A stretch of 64,000 bases of DNA. Source: Nitrospira japonica. Lineage in GTDB: Bacteria > Nitrospirota > Thermodesulfovibrionia > Thermodesulfovibrionales > SM23-35. Shown in pieces: positions 50,685 to 60,965 of the stretch. Positions within the stretch are counted from its first letter, which is position 1. Each line of letters starts with the position of its first letter. Below the pieces are notes generated by a model. That model had not been told where the DNA came from. It did not search any database and saw only the letters and a program-made list of their open reading frames with translations. Made by a program: the position numbers and the translations under genes. The stretch covers positions 1 to 64,000 of the forward strand of contig DYFC01000060.1 in assembly GCA_020725385.1 (NCBI GenBank), read 5' to 3'.

Positions 50685-53348
50685 GTGTTTAAATTCTTGT
50701 ACAACTTATTCATTCCTTCATGGATACGTGATATGGCGAGTGCTCCCCATGCCCGTACAGATGATGAAAAACGACTTTTTGAAGTCTGCTCGGTTCCGGT
50801 AGAGAAAGCTTTACAGATTATGGACAGCAATATCCGGGGATTAAGCTCGAAAGAAGCTGAGAGACTTTTGGAAAAATATGGGCGCAATGAAATAACACAT
50901 ACCAGACGTCTTAATTTTTTTCAAGATATACTCCGACGTTTTAAAAGCCCTCTGGTAATTCAACTTATAATTATTGCAATCGTGTCTTTAGTAATTGGAG
51001 AGTTGAAATCAACGATTATTGTTTTCTCTATGATTCTGCTCAGTGTCGGGTTGTCTTATGCATTGGACAGGCGTTCAAATAATGCGGTTGAAGCCCTTGG
51101 CAAAAGGGTACAATCACGCTCAATTGTTCTTAGAGATGGCAAAGAGATAGAGTTGCCCTTGGCTGAACTAGTGCCCGGCGACATTATTCTTCTTCAAGCA
51201 GGTTCAATTATACCTGCAGATCTAAGAATAGTTTCAGCTAAAGATTTTTTTGTAAGTCAGGCAACACTTACAGGTGAATCAATTCCTGTCGAGAAAAATG
51301 CTGAAATTTCAGAAAATAGCGGAAAAGAATTATTTGAGTTAAGTAACGCTTGTTTCCAGGGTAGCAGTGTAAGCAGCGGTACAGCACGCGGGCTAGTTGT
51401 AAATACGGGTAGCCACACATATTTTGGTGCAATTGCTGAAAGGCTTTCTGCAACAGCAATCCAAACCAGTTTTGATCTCGGTGTTCGCTCATTCACATGG
51501 CTTATGATCAAATTCATGATAATAATGGTTTCTTTCTGTTTTGTGATTGTCGGGCTTACAAAGGGTAACTGGCTTGAAGCACTTCTGTTCGGGTTAGCTG
51601 TTGCTGTAGGGCTAACACCTGAAATGCTGCCGATGATAGTTACTGTGAATCTTGCAAAAGGTGCAATTTCTATGTCAAAGAAAAAAGTAATTGTCAAAAG
51701 ACTTTCTGCTATACAAAATTTTGGAGCAATTGACATACTCTGCATGGATAAGACCGGAACATTAACTCAGGATAAGGTTATCATGGAAAAACATGTAGAC
51801 GTTACAGGAGAAGACAGTGAAAATGTGCTCCGTTATGCATATCTAAACAGTTATTATCAGACAGGGCTAAGAAATCTGCTTGACAGGGCAGTGCTCGAAC
51901 ATAGGGAATTCGATGTTGAAGGTGCGTGCCGGCTGGTAGATGAACTACCATTTGATTTTCAGCGCAGGCGTATGTCTGTTGTAGTAGAATTTGAAGGAGA
52001 TCATGTCCTGATTTGCAAGGGTGCGGTAGAAGAGATTTATTCTTGCTGTAGTTACTACCAGTTGGATGATGAAATTTATCCTCTTATAGATATGATCAGA
52101 GATGATCTTTTTGATGAAGTTGCACGTTTGAACAATGAAGGATACCGAACCCTTGCTGTTGCTTACAGAGAGTTTCCACGCGAAAAGATACGTTTTTCTA
52201 CAAAAGATGAATCATCTTTAATACTTCTTGGTTATTTAGCTTTTCTCGATCCACCAAAGGATTCTTCTTCCAGAGCCATAAAACTTTTAAAGGAAAACGG
52301 GGTTGGGGTTAAAATTCTGACAGGTGATAATGCTCTTGTTACCGGTAAAATATGCCGCCAGGTTGGGTTTGAGGTCAATCACATTGTTACCGGAGAAGAA
52401 TTGGAACGTATGTCCCGGAAGGAATTTGAAAAGTCTGTTGCAGAAGCGAATGTAATGGTTAAACTATCACCATTACAAAAAGAAAGAGTAATAGAATCAT
52501 TACGCATAGATAGCAAGCATGTAGTAGGCTATATTGGTGATGGTATTAATGATGCACCGGCTTTGCGTGCTGCTGATGTGGGGATTTCTGTCGATTCTGC
52601 TGTTGATGTGGCAAAGGAATCCGCTGATATAGTACTTTTAGAAAAAAGCCTATTAGTCCTCGAAGATGGAATTATTGAAGGCAGAAAGGTTTTCTCTAAT
52701 ATTATAAAATATATCCGCATGGGAGCAAGTTCCAATTTCGGCAATATGTTTAGTGTGCTCGGAGCAAGTTATCTTCTTCCTTTTCTGCCAATGCAGCCTG
52801 TACAGATTCTTTTGAATAACCTGTTATATGATTTTTCACAAACAGGCATCCCTACTGATAATGTAGATGAGGAACAGATTGCAAAACCACGAAAATGGGA
52901 TATCGGAAACATAAAATGGTTTATGATCGTAATCGGACCGATAAGCTCAATTTTTGATTATGCAACATTTGCTTTAATGTGGTTTATTTTCAATACCCGG
53001 GCATTTCTTGAAGTAGCAACCGGTACAGCCGGACGGGAGATATATGCACAACTTTTTCAGACAGGGTGGTTTGTGGAATCTCTGCTTACACAAACACTAA
53101 TTGTTCATATTATTCGAACAAAACGCATTCCTTTTATTCAGAGCCGTGCTTCCATGACTATGACACTAACCACGCTTGCTGTTATGGCAATCGGGGCATG
53201 GTTGCCTTATTCTCCATTTGCATCAACATTCGGATTTGTGCCTCTACCGCTTAGCTATTGGGGTTGGATAGCCGTGTTTCTTTTTATGTATATTATTATT
53301 ACACATAAGATCAAAAAGTGGTTTTTCAAAAAATTTGGAGGTGAATAA
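50685..53348 (+). CDS. mgtA: Magnesium-translocating P-type ATPase
   Basis: TGES, AVAVGLTPEMLPMIV, DKTGTLT, LPFDFQRRRMSV, GDGINDA, SSNFGNMFS, FQTGWFVESL. Confidence 0.95.
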   Translation: MFKFLYNLFIPSWIRDMASAPHARTDDEKRLFEVCSVPVEKALQIMDSNIRGLSSKEAERLLEKYGRNEITHTRRLNFFQDILRRFKSPLVIQLIIIAIVSLVIGELKSTIIVFSMILLSVGLSYALDRRSNNAVEALGKRVQSRSIVLRDGKEIELPLAELVPGDIILLQAGSIIPADLRIVSAKDFFVSQATLTGESIPVEKNAEISENSGKELFELSNACFQGSSVSSGTARGLVVNTGSHTYFGAIAERLSATAIQTSFDLGVRSFTWLMIKFMIIMVSFCFVIVGLTKGNWLEALLFGLAVAVGLTPEMLPMIVTVNLAKGAISMSKKKVIVKRLSAIQNFGAIDILCMDKTGTLTQDKVIMEKHVDVTGEDSENVLRYAYLNSYYQTGLRNLLDRAVLEHREFDVEGACRLVDELPFDFQRRRMSVVVEFEGDHVLICKGAVEEIYSCCSYYQLDDEIYPLIDMIRDDLFDEVARLNNEGYRTLAVAYREFPREKIRFSTKDESSLILLGYLAFLDPPKDSSSRAIKLLKENGVGVKILTGDNALVTGKICRQVGFEVNHIVTGEELERMSRKEFEKSVAEANVMVKLSPLQKERVIESLRIDSKHVVGYIGDGINDAPALRAADVGISVDSAVDVAKESADIVLLEKSLLVLEDGIIEGRKVFSNIIKYIRMGASSNFGNMFSVLGASYLLPFLPMQPVQILLNNLLYDFSQTGIPTDNVDEEQIAKPRKWDIGNIKWFMIVIGPISSIFDYATFALMWFIFNTRAFLEVATGTAGREIYAQLFQTGWFVESLLTQTLIVHIIRTKRIPFIQSRASMTMTLTTLAVMAIGAWLPYSPFASTFGFVPLPLSYWGWIAVFLFMYIIITHKIKKWFFKKFGGE

Positions 53349-53351
53349 ATT

Positions 53352-54149
53352 ATGCTGCATACAATTCTTCAGGCATTGGAAGATGGCCGGGTAATTGAGC
53401 TACCTGACAACGATAAAAAAGATGCTTTTGAAGTTTTAGCAAGCTTGCTGGAGGCCGTGCCATCTATTCCGGCTGGAACAGATATTGTTGGCGCGGTCCT
53501 GTCACGTGAGAGTATTTCTAACACTTCTCTGGGCAATGGATGGGCATGTCCCCATGCTCCTGTCCCATTTGATGGTGAGTTATTATGTGCTATAGGCTGG
53601 AGCCCGCAGGGAATAAAATATGGTAAACAGGACGAACCTCTTGTAAGGTTGATTATAATGTTTGTTGTCCCTGAAAATCAGAGAAGTCGTTATATTAAGG
53701 AAGTCTCAACTCTTGTTAAGGTAATTGAAAAACATCCTGAATGTAGAAATCTTGAAAATGTAGAGAATTTAAACGCTATACGTCTAAGATTGCTGGATAT
53801 GGCAAATTTTGCTATGGAAAATGGCGGACCGGATACCCGTGCTAAGATGATTGAATTGAAGACAAAGGCTGCTGTTATTCCAGCGATTGTACCAGAATTC
53901 GAAAACATGATAATTGAACCACTCATGATTATATCGGGACCCGGGATTGAACCTATTGTTCTAACACAGAACAAAGAATTATTTGATATTACTAAAGAAG
54001 ATAAAATACTTGCTACAGTTATTGCAGAAAAAAACTGGCATACTCTGAATGGATGGCGAATTGTGCGTAGGAGCAGTACAAATTATCAAGCGGATATAGT
54101 AGTTTATGATTGCTTTGCTATAAGGTCGGCCAGGAATAGTACAGTATGA
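53352..54149 (+). CDS. PTS EIIA(Ntr/fructose-type) domain protein with C-terminal extension
   Basis: RE....T.LG.GWACPHA phospho-His motif, V.LI.M; 3 nt after mgtA. Confidence 0.8.
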   Translation: MLHTILQALEDGRVIELPDNDKKDAFEVLASLLEAVPSIPAGTDIVGAVLSRESISNTSLGNGWACPHAPVPFDGELLCAIGWSPQGIKYGKQDEPLVRLIIMFVVPENQRSRYIKEVSTLVKVIEKHPECRNLENVENLNAIRLRLLDMANFAMENGGPDTRAKMIELKTKAAVIPAIVPEFENMIIEPLMIISGPGIEPIVLTQNKELFDITKEDKILATVIAEKNWHTLNGWRIVRRSSTNYQADIVVYDCFAIRSARNSTV

Positions 54150-54269
54150 CAAGTAAATAATTTTCATCCGGATTAAAAACATACTTAAGTAAATGCATTC
54201 TTATTGGTTATAAATTTATTGAACTCTTCATTTCTTTAAATGCCTTCTCAACGCTTCTTTTTTAATCGT

Positions 54270-56420
54270 TTATCCGGCTACTGTCAGCACCAGCACAAGT
54301 GAAAGAACCAGGGTTAGAAGACCATAGCCAACATATGCATTGAGCCGTCCATGGTGCATAGCAGCTAACGCGTAAGCGATTTTTAAAGCACCTGACCGCA
54401 AAGGCGTAATGACTGAGCGATCAACGATATGAACTTCCTCCCTGCGCCGGCGAATAGCAGCGCGGAAATGGGCTTCAACAGTAGCCTGTGTATCTTGAGT
54501 GGTAGGTCGCAGGATAGTATCGAAAATCACCCTAACAGGGTTGGAGAATCCTGTAGCAGTGTAAGTCATTTCAGGGAGCAAGCGCCGGATGCCACCATCC
54601 CAGCGTTGGTTGCGTATCACGCAACGGTCTCGCGCCAAACCAAATCGTACCACAACGAATACAATTGCAAGAAGAATGATCAATACAGGAAACATATACG
54701 AGGTTGACATAGCGAAGACAACCGGATTGTGCTCGCCACCACGATGCATTACAACCAATCCTTGTCCCGGGAAAACCTCCTGTCCAACCTGTGCTCCAAG
54801 ATCACGGAACTCAGCTGCGAATTCAGGCTTTAGTTTTATATGATCCGGACTCGTAGCGAAAAAAGGCGGTGTAAGCGCTTCCACAGCACTCGCCTGTGTG
54901 ATCGGTTTGAGGACACCATCAAGCGCTGAAATTACAAATGTCGGTAACACACCGAGCAGGAGGCAGAACACCATTAACACTACCATTGGCGAGGTCATTG
55001 ATCGTGCGGCCTCGGTAGTTTTTTCTGCATGAGCCGAACGTGATATCCCAAGAAAGCCCATAGCAAAAGCTTTTACAAAACATGTAACTGCAAGAGCAGC
55101 AGTAAGTGCTAATATGGCGCCACAGAGTGCAAAAACCACTTTCACGCTTACTGATGAAAGTTCGGCGCTTCGCAGCATTGTTTGCAGTGTGAGCCATTCG
55201 CTCACAAAGCCATTAAAAGGCGGAAGGGCTGAAATAGAAAGAGCACCTGCAAGAAAACAAAGAGCGGTTAATGGCATACGACGGATTAATCCACCAAGTT
55301 GGTCAAGGTGACGGACACCCACCTTCATATCTACTGTAGCTGCGCTGAGAAACAGAAGGGCCTTGTAAAACGAGTGATTGGCCATATGATAGAAAGCAGC
55401 AACAAAAGCGATAGTCGCAATTAGAGTATGACCTGTTGCGGTAAACACAAAACCCGCGCCCAATCCTGCAGTGACTATACCTATGTTTTCTATAGAACTA
55501 TGGGCAAGCATCACCTTCAGGTCGTTTTTTGTCGTCGCGTAAAGAATACCGACAAAGGCAGAGACTGTGCCGATAATCAATGTAATCAAACCGGGACCAG
55601 TCATTGTCATTGGCAATATATCCATATTAATACGCACAATGCCGTAAAGCCCCAGATTCAAAATGACGCTGGAGAGCAGCGCTGAAATATTGCCTGGCGC
55701 AACAGGATGTGCGCGCGGCAGCCATGCATTAAAAGGTGCCAGTCCTGCTTTTACTCCAAACCCGAAAAAAGAAAGCAGAAAAATAGCCCATTGTAATCCT
55801 TCCGACATACCCCGGGATGTACTTTTGAGAGCAGGGAAAGACAAACTATCTGCAGGAATAGCGAGTAGAAGCAGCGCAATGGCAGCGGCCAATGTTCCGG
55901 CCTCGCCCATTGCCAGCATCAAGTAGCCAGCTGCTGTATGCTCTTCATCCCTGTGCTCAAAATTAACGAGAAGATAGCTCAGGATAGACATCGCTTCCCA
56001 TGCAAGCAAAAACATCAACACATCACTTGCGAACAGGATTAAACCAATCGATAAAAAAAGTGACAGATACCAAATATTGAAAACTTTCAAACTGTAATGG
56101 CCCAGATAGTGTTTCAAATAACCAGAGGAAAAGACGGAGACCGGCAAAAAAATCAGAGCAGTGACAACAAGAAAAAGAGCTGAAAGCTTGTCCAATGAAA
56201 GTTCTAACGTTCCCAGCACAGGTATAGTCCAAAGCGAAAACCGGAATGTGTCTCCCCCAAGCAGAACCGTCCCGGCGCTCAAGAGAAGTGCAAGCGCAGC
56301 AACTGACCCGAACCATGCAAGCACATTAGGACACCATCGCTCCGGGATAAGAATAGTCGTTACGACTCCAGTGACTAACAGCCAAAAAAAGATTTGAAAC
56401 AAAATATCCGAGCTTATCAT
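54270..56420 (-). CDS. HyfB/NuoL-like antiporter subunit of Ehr-type complex
   Basis: LLAWEAM, KAGLAPFNAWLPRAHP, LAHSSIENIG, NHSFYKALLF, LPPFNGFVSEW, MTYTATGFS.P. Confidence 0.9.
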   Translation of the reverse strand: MISSDILFQIFFWLLVTGVVTTILIPERWCPNVLAWFGSVAALALLLSAGTVLLGGDTFRFSLWTIPVLGTLELSLDKLSALFLVVTALIFLPVSVFSSGYLKHYLGHYSLKVFNIWYLSLFLSIGLILFASDVLMFLLAWEAMSILSYLLVNFEHRDEEHTAAGYLMLAMGEAGTLAAAIALLLLAIPADSLSFPALKSTSRGMSEGLQWAIFLLSFFGFGVKAGLAPFNAWLPRAHPVAPGNISALLSSVILNLGLYGIVRINMDILPMTMTGPGLITLIIGTVSAFVGILYATTKNDLKVMLAHSSIENIGIVTAGLGAGFVFTATGHTLIATIAFVAAFYHMANHSFYKALLFLSAATVDMKVGVRHLDQLGGLIRRMPLTALCFLAGALSISALPPFNGFVSEWLTLQTMLRSAELSSVSVKVVFALCGAILALTAALAVTCFVKAFAMGFLGISRSAHAEKTTEAARSMTSPMVVLMVFCLLLGVLPTFVISALDGVLKPITQASAVEALTPPFFATSPDHIKLKPEFAAEFRDLGAQVGQEVFPGQGLVVMHRGGEHNPVVFAMSTSYMFPVLIILLAIVFVVVRFGLARDRCVIRNQRWDGGIRRLLPEMTYTATGFSNPVRVIFDTILRPTTQDTQATVEAHFRAAIRRRREEVHIVDRSVITPLRSGALKIAYALAAMHHGRLNAYVGYGLLTLVLSLVLVLTVAG

Positions 56421-57190
56421 TGTTTTTTTACCTCTTCATGCTTTAGGCTCACGGACTGTGTAATCAGTGATGCCGGAGGTTTGAGTCCAGCAACTACGAG
56501 TAGCGCGTGCAAGATAGCAAGAGGAGGAGGAGGTTGACCGGGAACTTCAACATCAACCGGAAGAAACTCGCTTATATTTTCATCACATACGAAACTCGGG
56601 CTGAAGACACCTCCTGATAGCGCACATGCTCCCACGGCTATTACCCACTTTGGCATTGGTATTGCGTCATATACTTTCCGGAGCGGTTCCCGCATGTGGT
56701 CAGTAAGTGGCCCAACTATAAGTAATACATCAGCTTCCCGTGGGGTCGGTGTGATGAAGAAGCCCAGGCGATGCATATTATAATAAGGATTGTTCAACTG
56801 ACGAACTTCATTCAGACATGCACCACAATCACCGGTGTCAACAACAATAATGTTAAGAGACCGATCAAAAGCCCGAACAAATTTTTTCCTTGTTTCTATG
56901 ATATTTGTGTCTGTAGCCCATTCATAACCTTGCTGCCAAGCTATGGGCAATGTTACACCACGAATGCATCTGTAACAGTGCACACAGCGGCGGTAATCAA
57001 CCACAAGCTTGTGATTTTGAAAGCTGAGTGCACCAACCGTACAGCGTTTGACAAGCTCACTGGCTTGTTTTTCTGGATAATCCCCGCCAAGTGGCAAGCC
57101 TGGAGATACTCCTGGTGCTGTTTCCTCTCGGCCTGGATAACAAGTTGTTTTGATACCGGTTGCCAATCCTTTTCTAACCCACTGGCTCAT
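56417..57190 (-). CDS. HyfI/NuoB-like small subunit with fused N-terminal ferredoxin-like segment
   Basis: CTVGAL..CVHCYRC, then DTGDCGACLNE, PREAD.LLI.G, GACA.SGG, PGQPP. Confidence 0.88.
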   Translation of the reverse strand: MSQWVRKGLATGIKTTCYPGREETAPGVSPGLPLGGDYPEKQASELVKRCTVGALSFQNHKLVVDYRRCVHCYRCIRGVTLPIAWQQGYEWATDTNIIETRKKFVRAFDRSLNIIVVDTGDCGACLNEVRQLNNPYYNMHRLGFFITPTPREADVLLIVGPLTDHMREPLRKVYDAIPMPKWVIAVGACALSGGVFSPSFVCDENISEFLPVDVEVPGQPPPPLAILHALLVVAGLKPPASLITQSVSLKHEEVKKQ

Positions 57191-57214
57191 ATCTCTTTTC
57201 TCCCATTTATCGTT

Positions 57215-58792
57215 TTATCGATCGTTTTCAGCTACCGAAAGATCGAATGTTGCCAGAATAATCGGGAAATCCTGAAAAGCGAAATTTTCCGCAGCCACGT
57301 GAAAACCATGCCAATTTACAAACGAAGGTGTAATGAGGCGGTACCGGGAAACACGCCCATCTTCTCCTATGCGTAACCAATGAAAAGCCGCACCACGTGG
57401 TGCCTCGACCCATCCCAGTGCTGAACCGGGTTTGATTCGTACCTCAGAAAAAACCGGACCTCCCGGCAACGAAGCTGTTGCCTGCTCCATAATTTTTACC
57501 GACTGCCGTGCTTCTTCAAACAGGACACGCAGCCGGGCATAACCGTCGCCTTCCTGCTCACATGGCACCTCAAAAGTATATGCTTCGTAACCCGAGTATG
57601 GTTGAACTTTACGCAAGTCACGTGTAATTCCTGATGCACGGGCAACAGGCCCTACAAGGCCGTGTTTCATAGCCTCCAGTTGATTTACAATTCCGACTTC
57701 TTCCAGCCGGTCGAGAAAGCTACTGGAAACTCGCAGCATTTCTTCCAGTCTGTCAAAGCGCTTAAGAATAGCCTTTGCCTGTTGAACTGCCTCGTGGCAG
57801 ACTGAATCGTCAAACTCCTTGTTTAATCCTCCAGGAACTGCCAGGCCAAAGAGATATCGGTGTCCTGTAAACCAACCTGAAAGCCGCAGCAATTCCTCCT
57901 CCATTATTGCGGCCTGACTGGTGGCTACAGCCAGAGCGGTTGACTCGCAGATTTCCTGTACAGCGCCTACATGATGACGTAGTCGCTCCAGTTCTGCTAA
58001 AAGAACGCGGAGAACTTGTGCCCGCTCAGGAACTTTTATACCACAAATATTTTCGATCGACTGGACAAATGCAAGCGAATGGGCAAAAGCTGTAGTTGCT
58101 GCAAAACGTTCGGCCAGCAGCAAAGTGCTTTCAGTTGTAAGCCTCTCAGCAATTTTTTCGATAGCTCGATATTTATAAAATAGGCGGGGTATTGTACGTA
58201 TCACATCTTCACCAACGGTTTCCAGCAAGAAATGCACTGGTTCAGTTACACCGGAAAATTTCGGCCCAATCGTCATGCCAAAAGCCCCGGGTGCTTTTAC
58301 AATGAGATTGGGCTTCCACTCGAGATCAGGCATTCGATGCTCTACTGATTTTTTTCCATCAAAGCTATGGAGCATCGGTCTTAGTTTTTCCTGCCACCTC
58401 TCATTGTGAAGCACAAAATCTCCGAGACGTGGATGACCGGCAAAATATAGTCCAAAGAGGTCTTCTGCTTCACGTTCATGCCAGTCAGCAGCATGTAAGA
58501 AACCGCTAATGCTGGGAAAAGCGGGATCAGATAGCGGCTGGTGTGTTAGAATGTATATCCAACCCGGCTCGTGGTCGCTATAAAATACATAGCGTAGCTC
58601 CCAGTCCGAAGAACCTTCCTCAACTATCAGACCGGCGAAGACGTAATGCATTTCTAAACTCAACCATTTACAAACATCTGGAATATCCTCTAACTCACAT
58701 TCCATTTCACATAATGAATGACTGAGATCAAGGCGGGGCTTAATGTCCGGCCAATGTCTGATAGCAATTTCCTGAATGTTATCTAATGTCAT
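57215..58792 (-). CDS. HyfG/NuoCD-like large subunit lacking NiFe ligands
   Basis: EREAEDLFG..F.GHP (NuoC), ELERL..H, GP.ARASG, GD..AR, VEAPRG; no CxxC at either NiFe site; start ATG 58792. Confidence 0.9.
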   Translation of the reverse strand: MTLDNIQEIAIRHWPDIKPRLDLSHSLCEMECELEDIPDVCKWLSLEMHYVFAGLIVEEGSSDWELRYVFYSDHEPGWIYILTHQPLSDPAFPSISGFLHAADWHEREAEDLFGLYFAGHPRLGDFVLHNERWQEKLRPMLHSFDGKKSVEHRMPDLEWKPNLIVKAPGAFGMTIGPKFSGVTEPVHFLLETVGEDVIRTIPRLFYKYRAIEKIAERLTTESTLLLAERFAATTAFAHSLAFVQSIENICGIKVPERAQVLRVLLAELERLRHHVGAVQEICESTALAVATSQAAIMEEELLRLSGWFTGHRYLFGLAVPGGLNKEFDDSVCHEAVQQAKAILKRFDRLEEMLRVSSSFLDRLEEVGIVNQLEAMKHGLVGPVARASGITRDLRKVQPYSGYEAYTFEVPCEQEGDGYARLRVLFEEARQSVKIMEQATASLPGGPVFSEVRIKPGSALGWVEAPRGAAFHWLRIGEDGRVSRYRLITPSFVNWHGFHVAAENFAFQDFPIILATFDLSVAENDR

Positions 58793-58799
58793 GTGCTGT

Positions 58800-60242
58800 T
58801 CACCTCTCAAGGGCAGATGCTCCGAGGCGCAATAACTGATGAAGGGGTTCAGGAAGATAAAAGCCTAACCAGATCACAAGCAAAGCTGTTACGAGGAGCA
58901 CCACCAAACAACTTGCCGGCAAGCGTACCTTTAGCTTTGCATCGCTATTGCTTCCACCAAAAACCATTTGGTTAATGTGCTGTAAAATTCCAAAGAACCC
59001 GATTGCTATAAATAAAACCAGCAGCGCCATTTCTATAAAACGGCCTTCAGACAGACCTGCTCTGAAGATAGAAAACTCGCTCAGGAATACTACAAAAGGC
59101 GGAGCACCGGCGATAGCCAGTCCACCCAGGAGCAGGCTCGCACCGGCAACAGGCGATGTGCGAATGAGACCGCGTACCAGGGAGATTTCGCGAGTGCCGA
59201 CTGCCAGGAGTGCTGCGCCTGCAGCGAAAAAACAAAATGATTTGGTAAGCGTATGGCTAAAAGCTTGATATAAAGCTCCATAGTGTGCAGAAGAAGTGCC
59301 AAGGCCTGCAGCCAGCAGAATAATACCCATGTGTTCCACTGTGGAAAATGCAAACATCCTTTTGTAATCGCTAACTTGTAGCAAAAGAAATGCAGCAGCT
59401 CCAACCGATAGCAGACCGAAGACGATCGCATACACCTCTGCATGAGTTCCAGGAGCAGCCTTGAGAACCGGGAAAAGTCGCAGAATCACATAGAGCACAG
59501 CAGTAGTCTCAACACCGGACAACAAGGCACAGACTGGCGACGGCGCCTGACTGTGAGCATCGGGTAGCCAGGTATGCATCGGTACGAGCCCGGCTTTTGT
59601 ACCAAGTCCTACCAGAATCATTACGAACGCTACCTCTAACAGGACAGCAGGCATTCGCGGCGCAGCAGCAACGAGACCATCCCATGTATAAGTGCCACCG
59701 CCTGCAGCCTGCATTGTGGCGAAAAGCATCAAAAAACCAAGCAAACCCACAGCAGCGCCCATAAGTGAGAGCACAACATATTTCCATGCTGCTTCAAGTG
59801 CTTCGTGTGTATTTTCAAAGCACACCAAAAGGGCTGAGCATAGTGTTGTCAATTCCACAACGATCCAGACCAGAGTCGGTTCTACCAGAACAGGGATGGC
59901 AAGCATCGAAAAGATGAAGAGATTGAAATTCGCGTAATAAAGGCGCAGACGTCCGGGTTTATGAGAATTCATCGACATGTAGCCTAACGAAAAGAAAGCT
60001 GCCATTGCTCCGACAAAGGCGATCATGAGAAGCATAAGCACACTTAACCCGTCTACCGCAATCCATTTCGGGAACACTGATATAGGCTGGCCTGTGCTCA
60101 CAACCTGTTCGGCGAGTTGCAGACTTATAAAAAATATTGCTGAGGACGAAGCGACGGTAACAACTGATGCAAGCCGTGGCAAAGGCAGGAAGGACAGGGC
60201 TGCAGCTGCTAAAGGTAGAATAAGAAGAATAATTACATTCAT
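58800..60242 (-). CDS. HyfF-like antiporter subunit
   Basis: W...ELTT, LEAAWKY, GTKAGLVPMHTWLPDAHSQAP, KRMFAFSTVEHMG. Confidence 0.9.
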   Translation of the reverse strand: MNVIILLILPLAAAALSFLPLPRLASVVTVASSSAIFFISLQLAEQVVSTGQPISVFPKWIAVDGLSVLMLLMIAFVGAMAAFFSLGYMSMNSHKPGRLRLYYANFNLFIFSMLAIPVLVEPTLVWIVVELTTLCSALLVCFENTHEALEAAWKYVVLSLMGAAVGLLGFLMLFATMQAAGGGTYTWDGLVAAAPRMPAVLLEVAFVMILVGLGTKAGLVPMHTWLPDAHSQAPSPVCALLSGVETTAVLYVILRLFPVLKAAPGTHAEVYAIVFGLLSVGAAAFLLLQVSDYKRMFAFSTVEHMGIILLAAGLGTSSAHYGALYQAFSHTLTKSFCFFAAGAALLAVGTREISLVRGLIRTSPVAGASLLLGGLAIAGAPPFVVFLSEFSIFRAGLSEGRFIEMALLVLFIAIGFFGILQHINQMVFGGSNSDAKLKVRLPASCLVVLLVTALLVIWLGFYLPEPLHQLLRLGASALER

Positions 60243-60958
60243 TGACCTGTCTCCTCCAGCGCTTCATCGGTTGTACGTTCTTTAAGCCTTGCCATTGCAC
60301 CAACTTCGGTAGTGCCGATATGCTGATGGACTGCACGGATAAGGACGCCTGTAATAAAAACGATGATTAGGCCGTCTGTGGCAATAGCAAGTTCCACAAG
60401 GAGTGGCAATGTACGGGCTAGACTTATACCCGCAAAAAAAGCGCCGTTTTCCATCGCCAATAAGCCGATAAGTAGAGGCACCGCTTCACGCCGTACTGCG
60501 AGCGTATAAGCTCCCAGAAAAAGCACAGCAAATCCGATTGGAATATTCGGCCCGCGAAATTCAACCGCTATTGCTTGCTGCAACGGGATAGTAAGAAAAT
60601 AGGCTATGATTACAAGCGCCAGCGAAATAAGAAGTGATGAAGGGATATTCAATACCTGGTCGATCTCGCGGCGGGTATAGACTTCTTCATGCACTGTTTT
60701 CCGTAGAACCCAGGGAATTAAAATTGCTTTTGCGACCACATTCACAAGAGCAACGCCATAAAGATGCAAAGAGGAGTGCCGAAGTCCAAGCAGGAAAGCG
60801 GATACTGCCAGCAGCAATGATTGTGTGATAAAAAGTGTTAGTGTCCCCTTTGCCTGACGTGTAGCGACAATGCCGAAAGCAGTGAGTAGAAATAGACCAC
60901 CTGCGAGCATATTCAGTGAATCCAGAATTGAAACTGCTATTAAATTATCATTTATCAT
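60239..60958 (-). CDS. HyfE-like membrane subunit
   Basis: Seven TM helices, KA..IP..L, GLLAMENG, P.LVE. Confidence 0.85.
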   Translation of the reverse strand: MINDNLIAVSILDSLNMLAGGLFLLTAFGIVATRQAKGTLTLFITQSLLLAVSAFLLGLRHSSLHLYGVALVNVVAKAILIPWVLRKTVHEEVYTRREIDQVLNIPSSLLISLALVIIAYFLTIPLQQAIAVEFRGPNIPIGFAVLFLGAYTLAVRREAVPLLIGLLAMENGAFFAGISLARTLPLLVELAIATDGLIIVFITGVLIRAVHQHIGTTEVGAMARLKERTTDEALEETGQ

Positions 60959-60965
60959 GGTTTCA

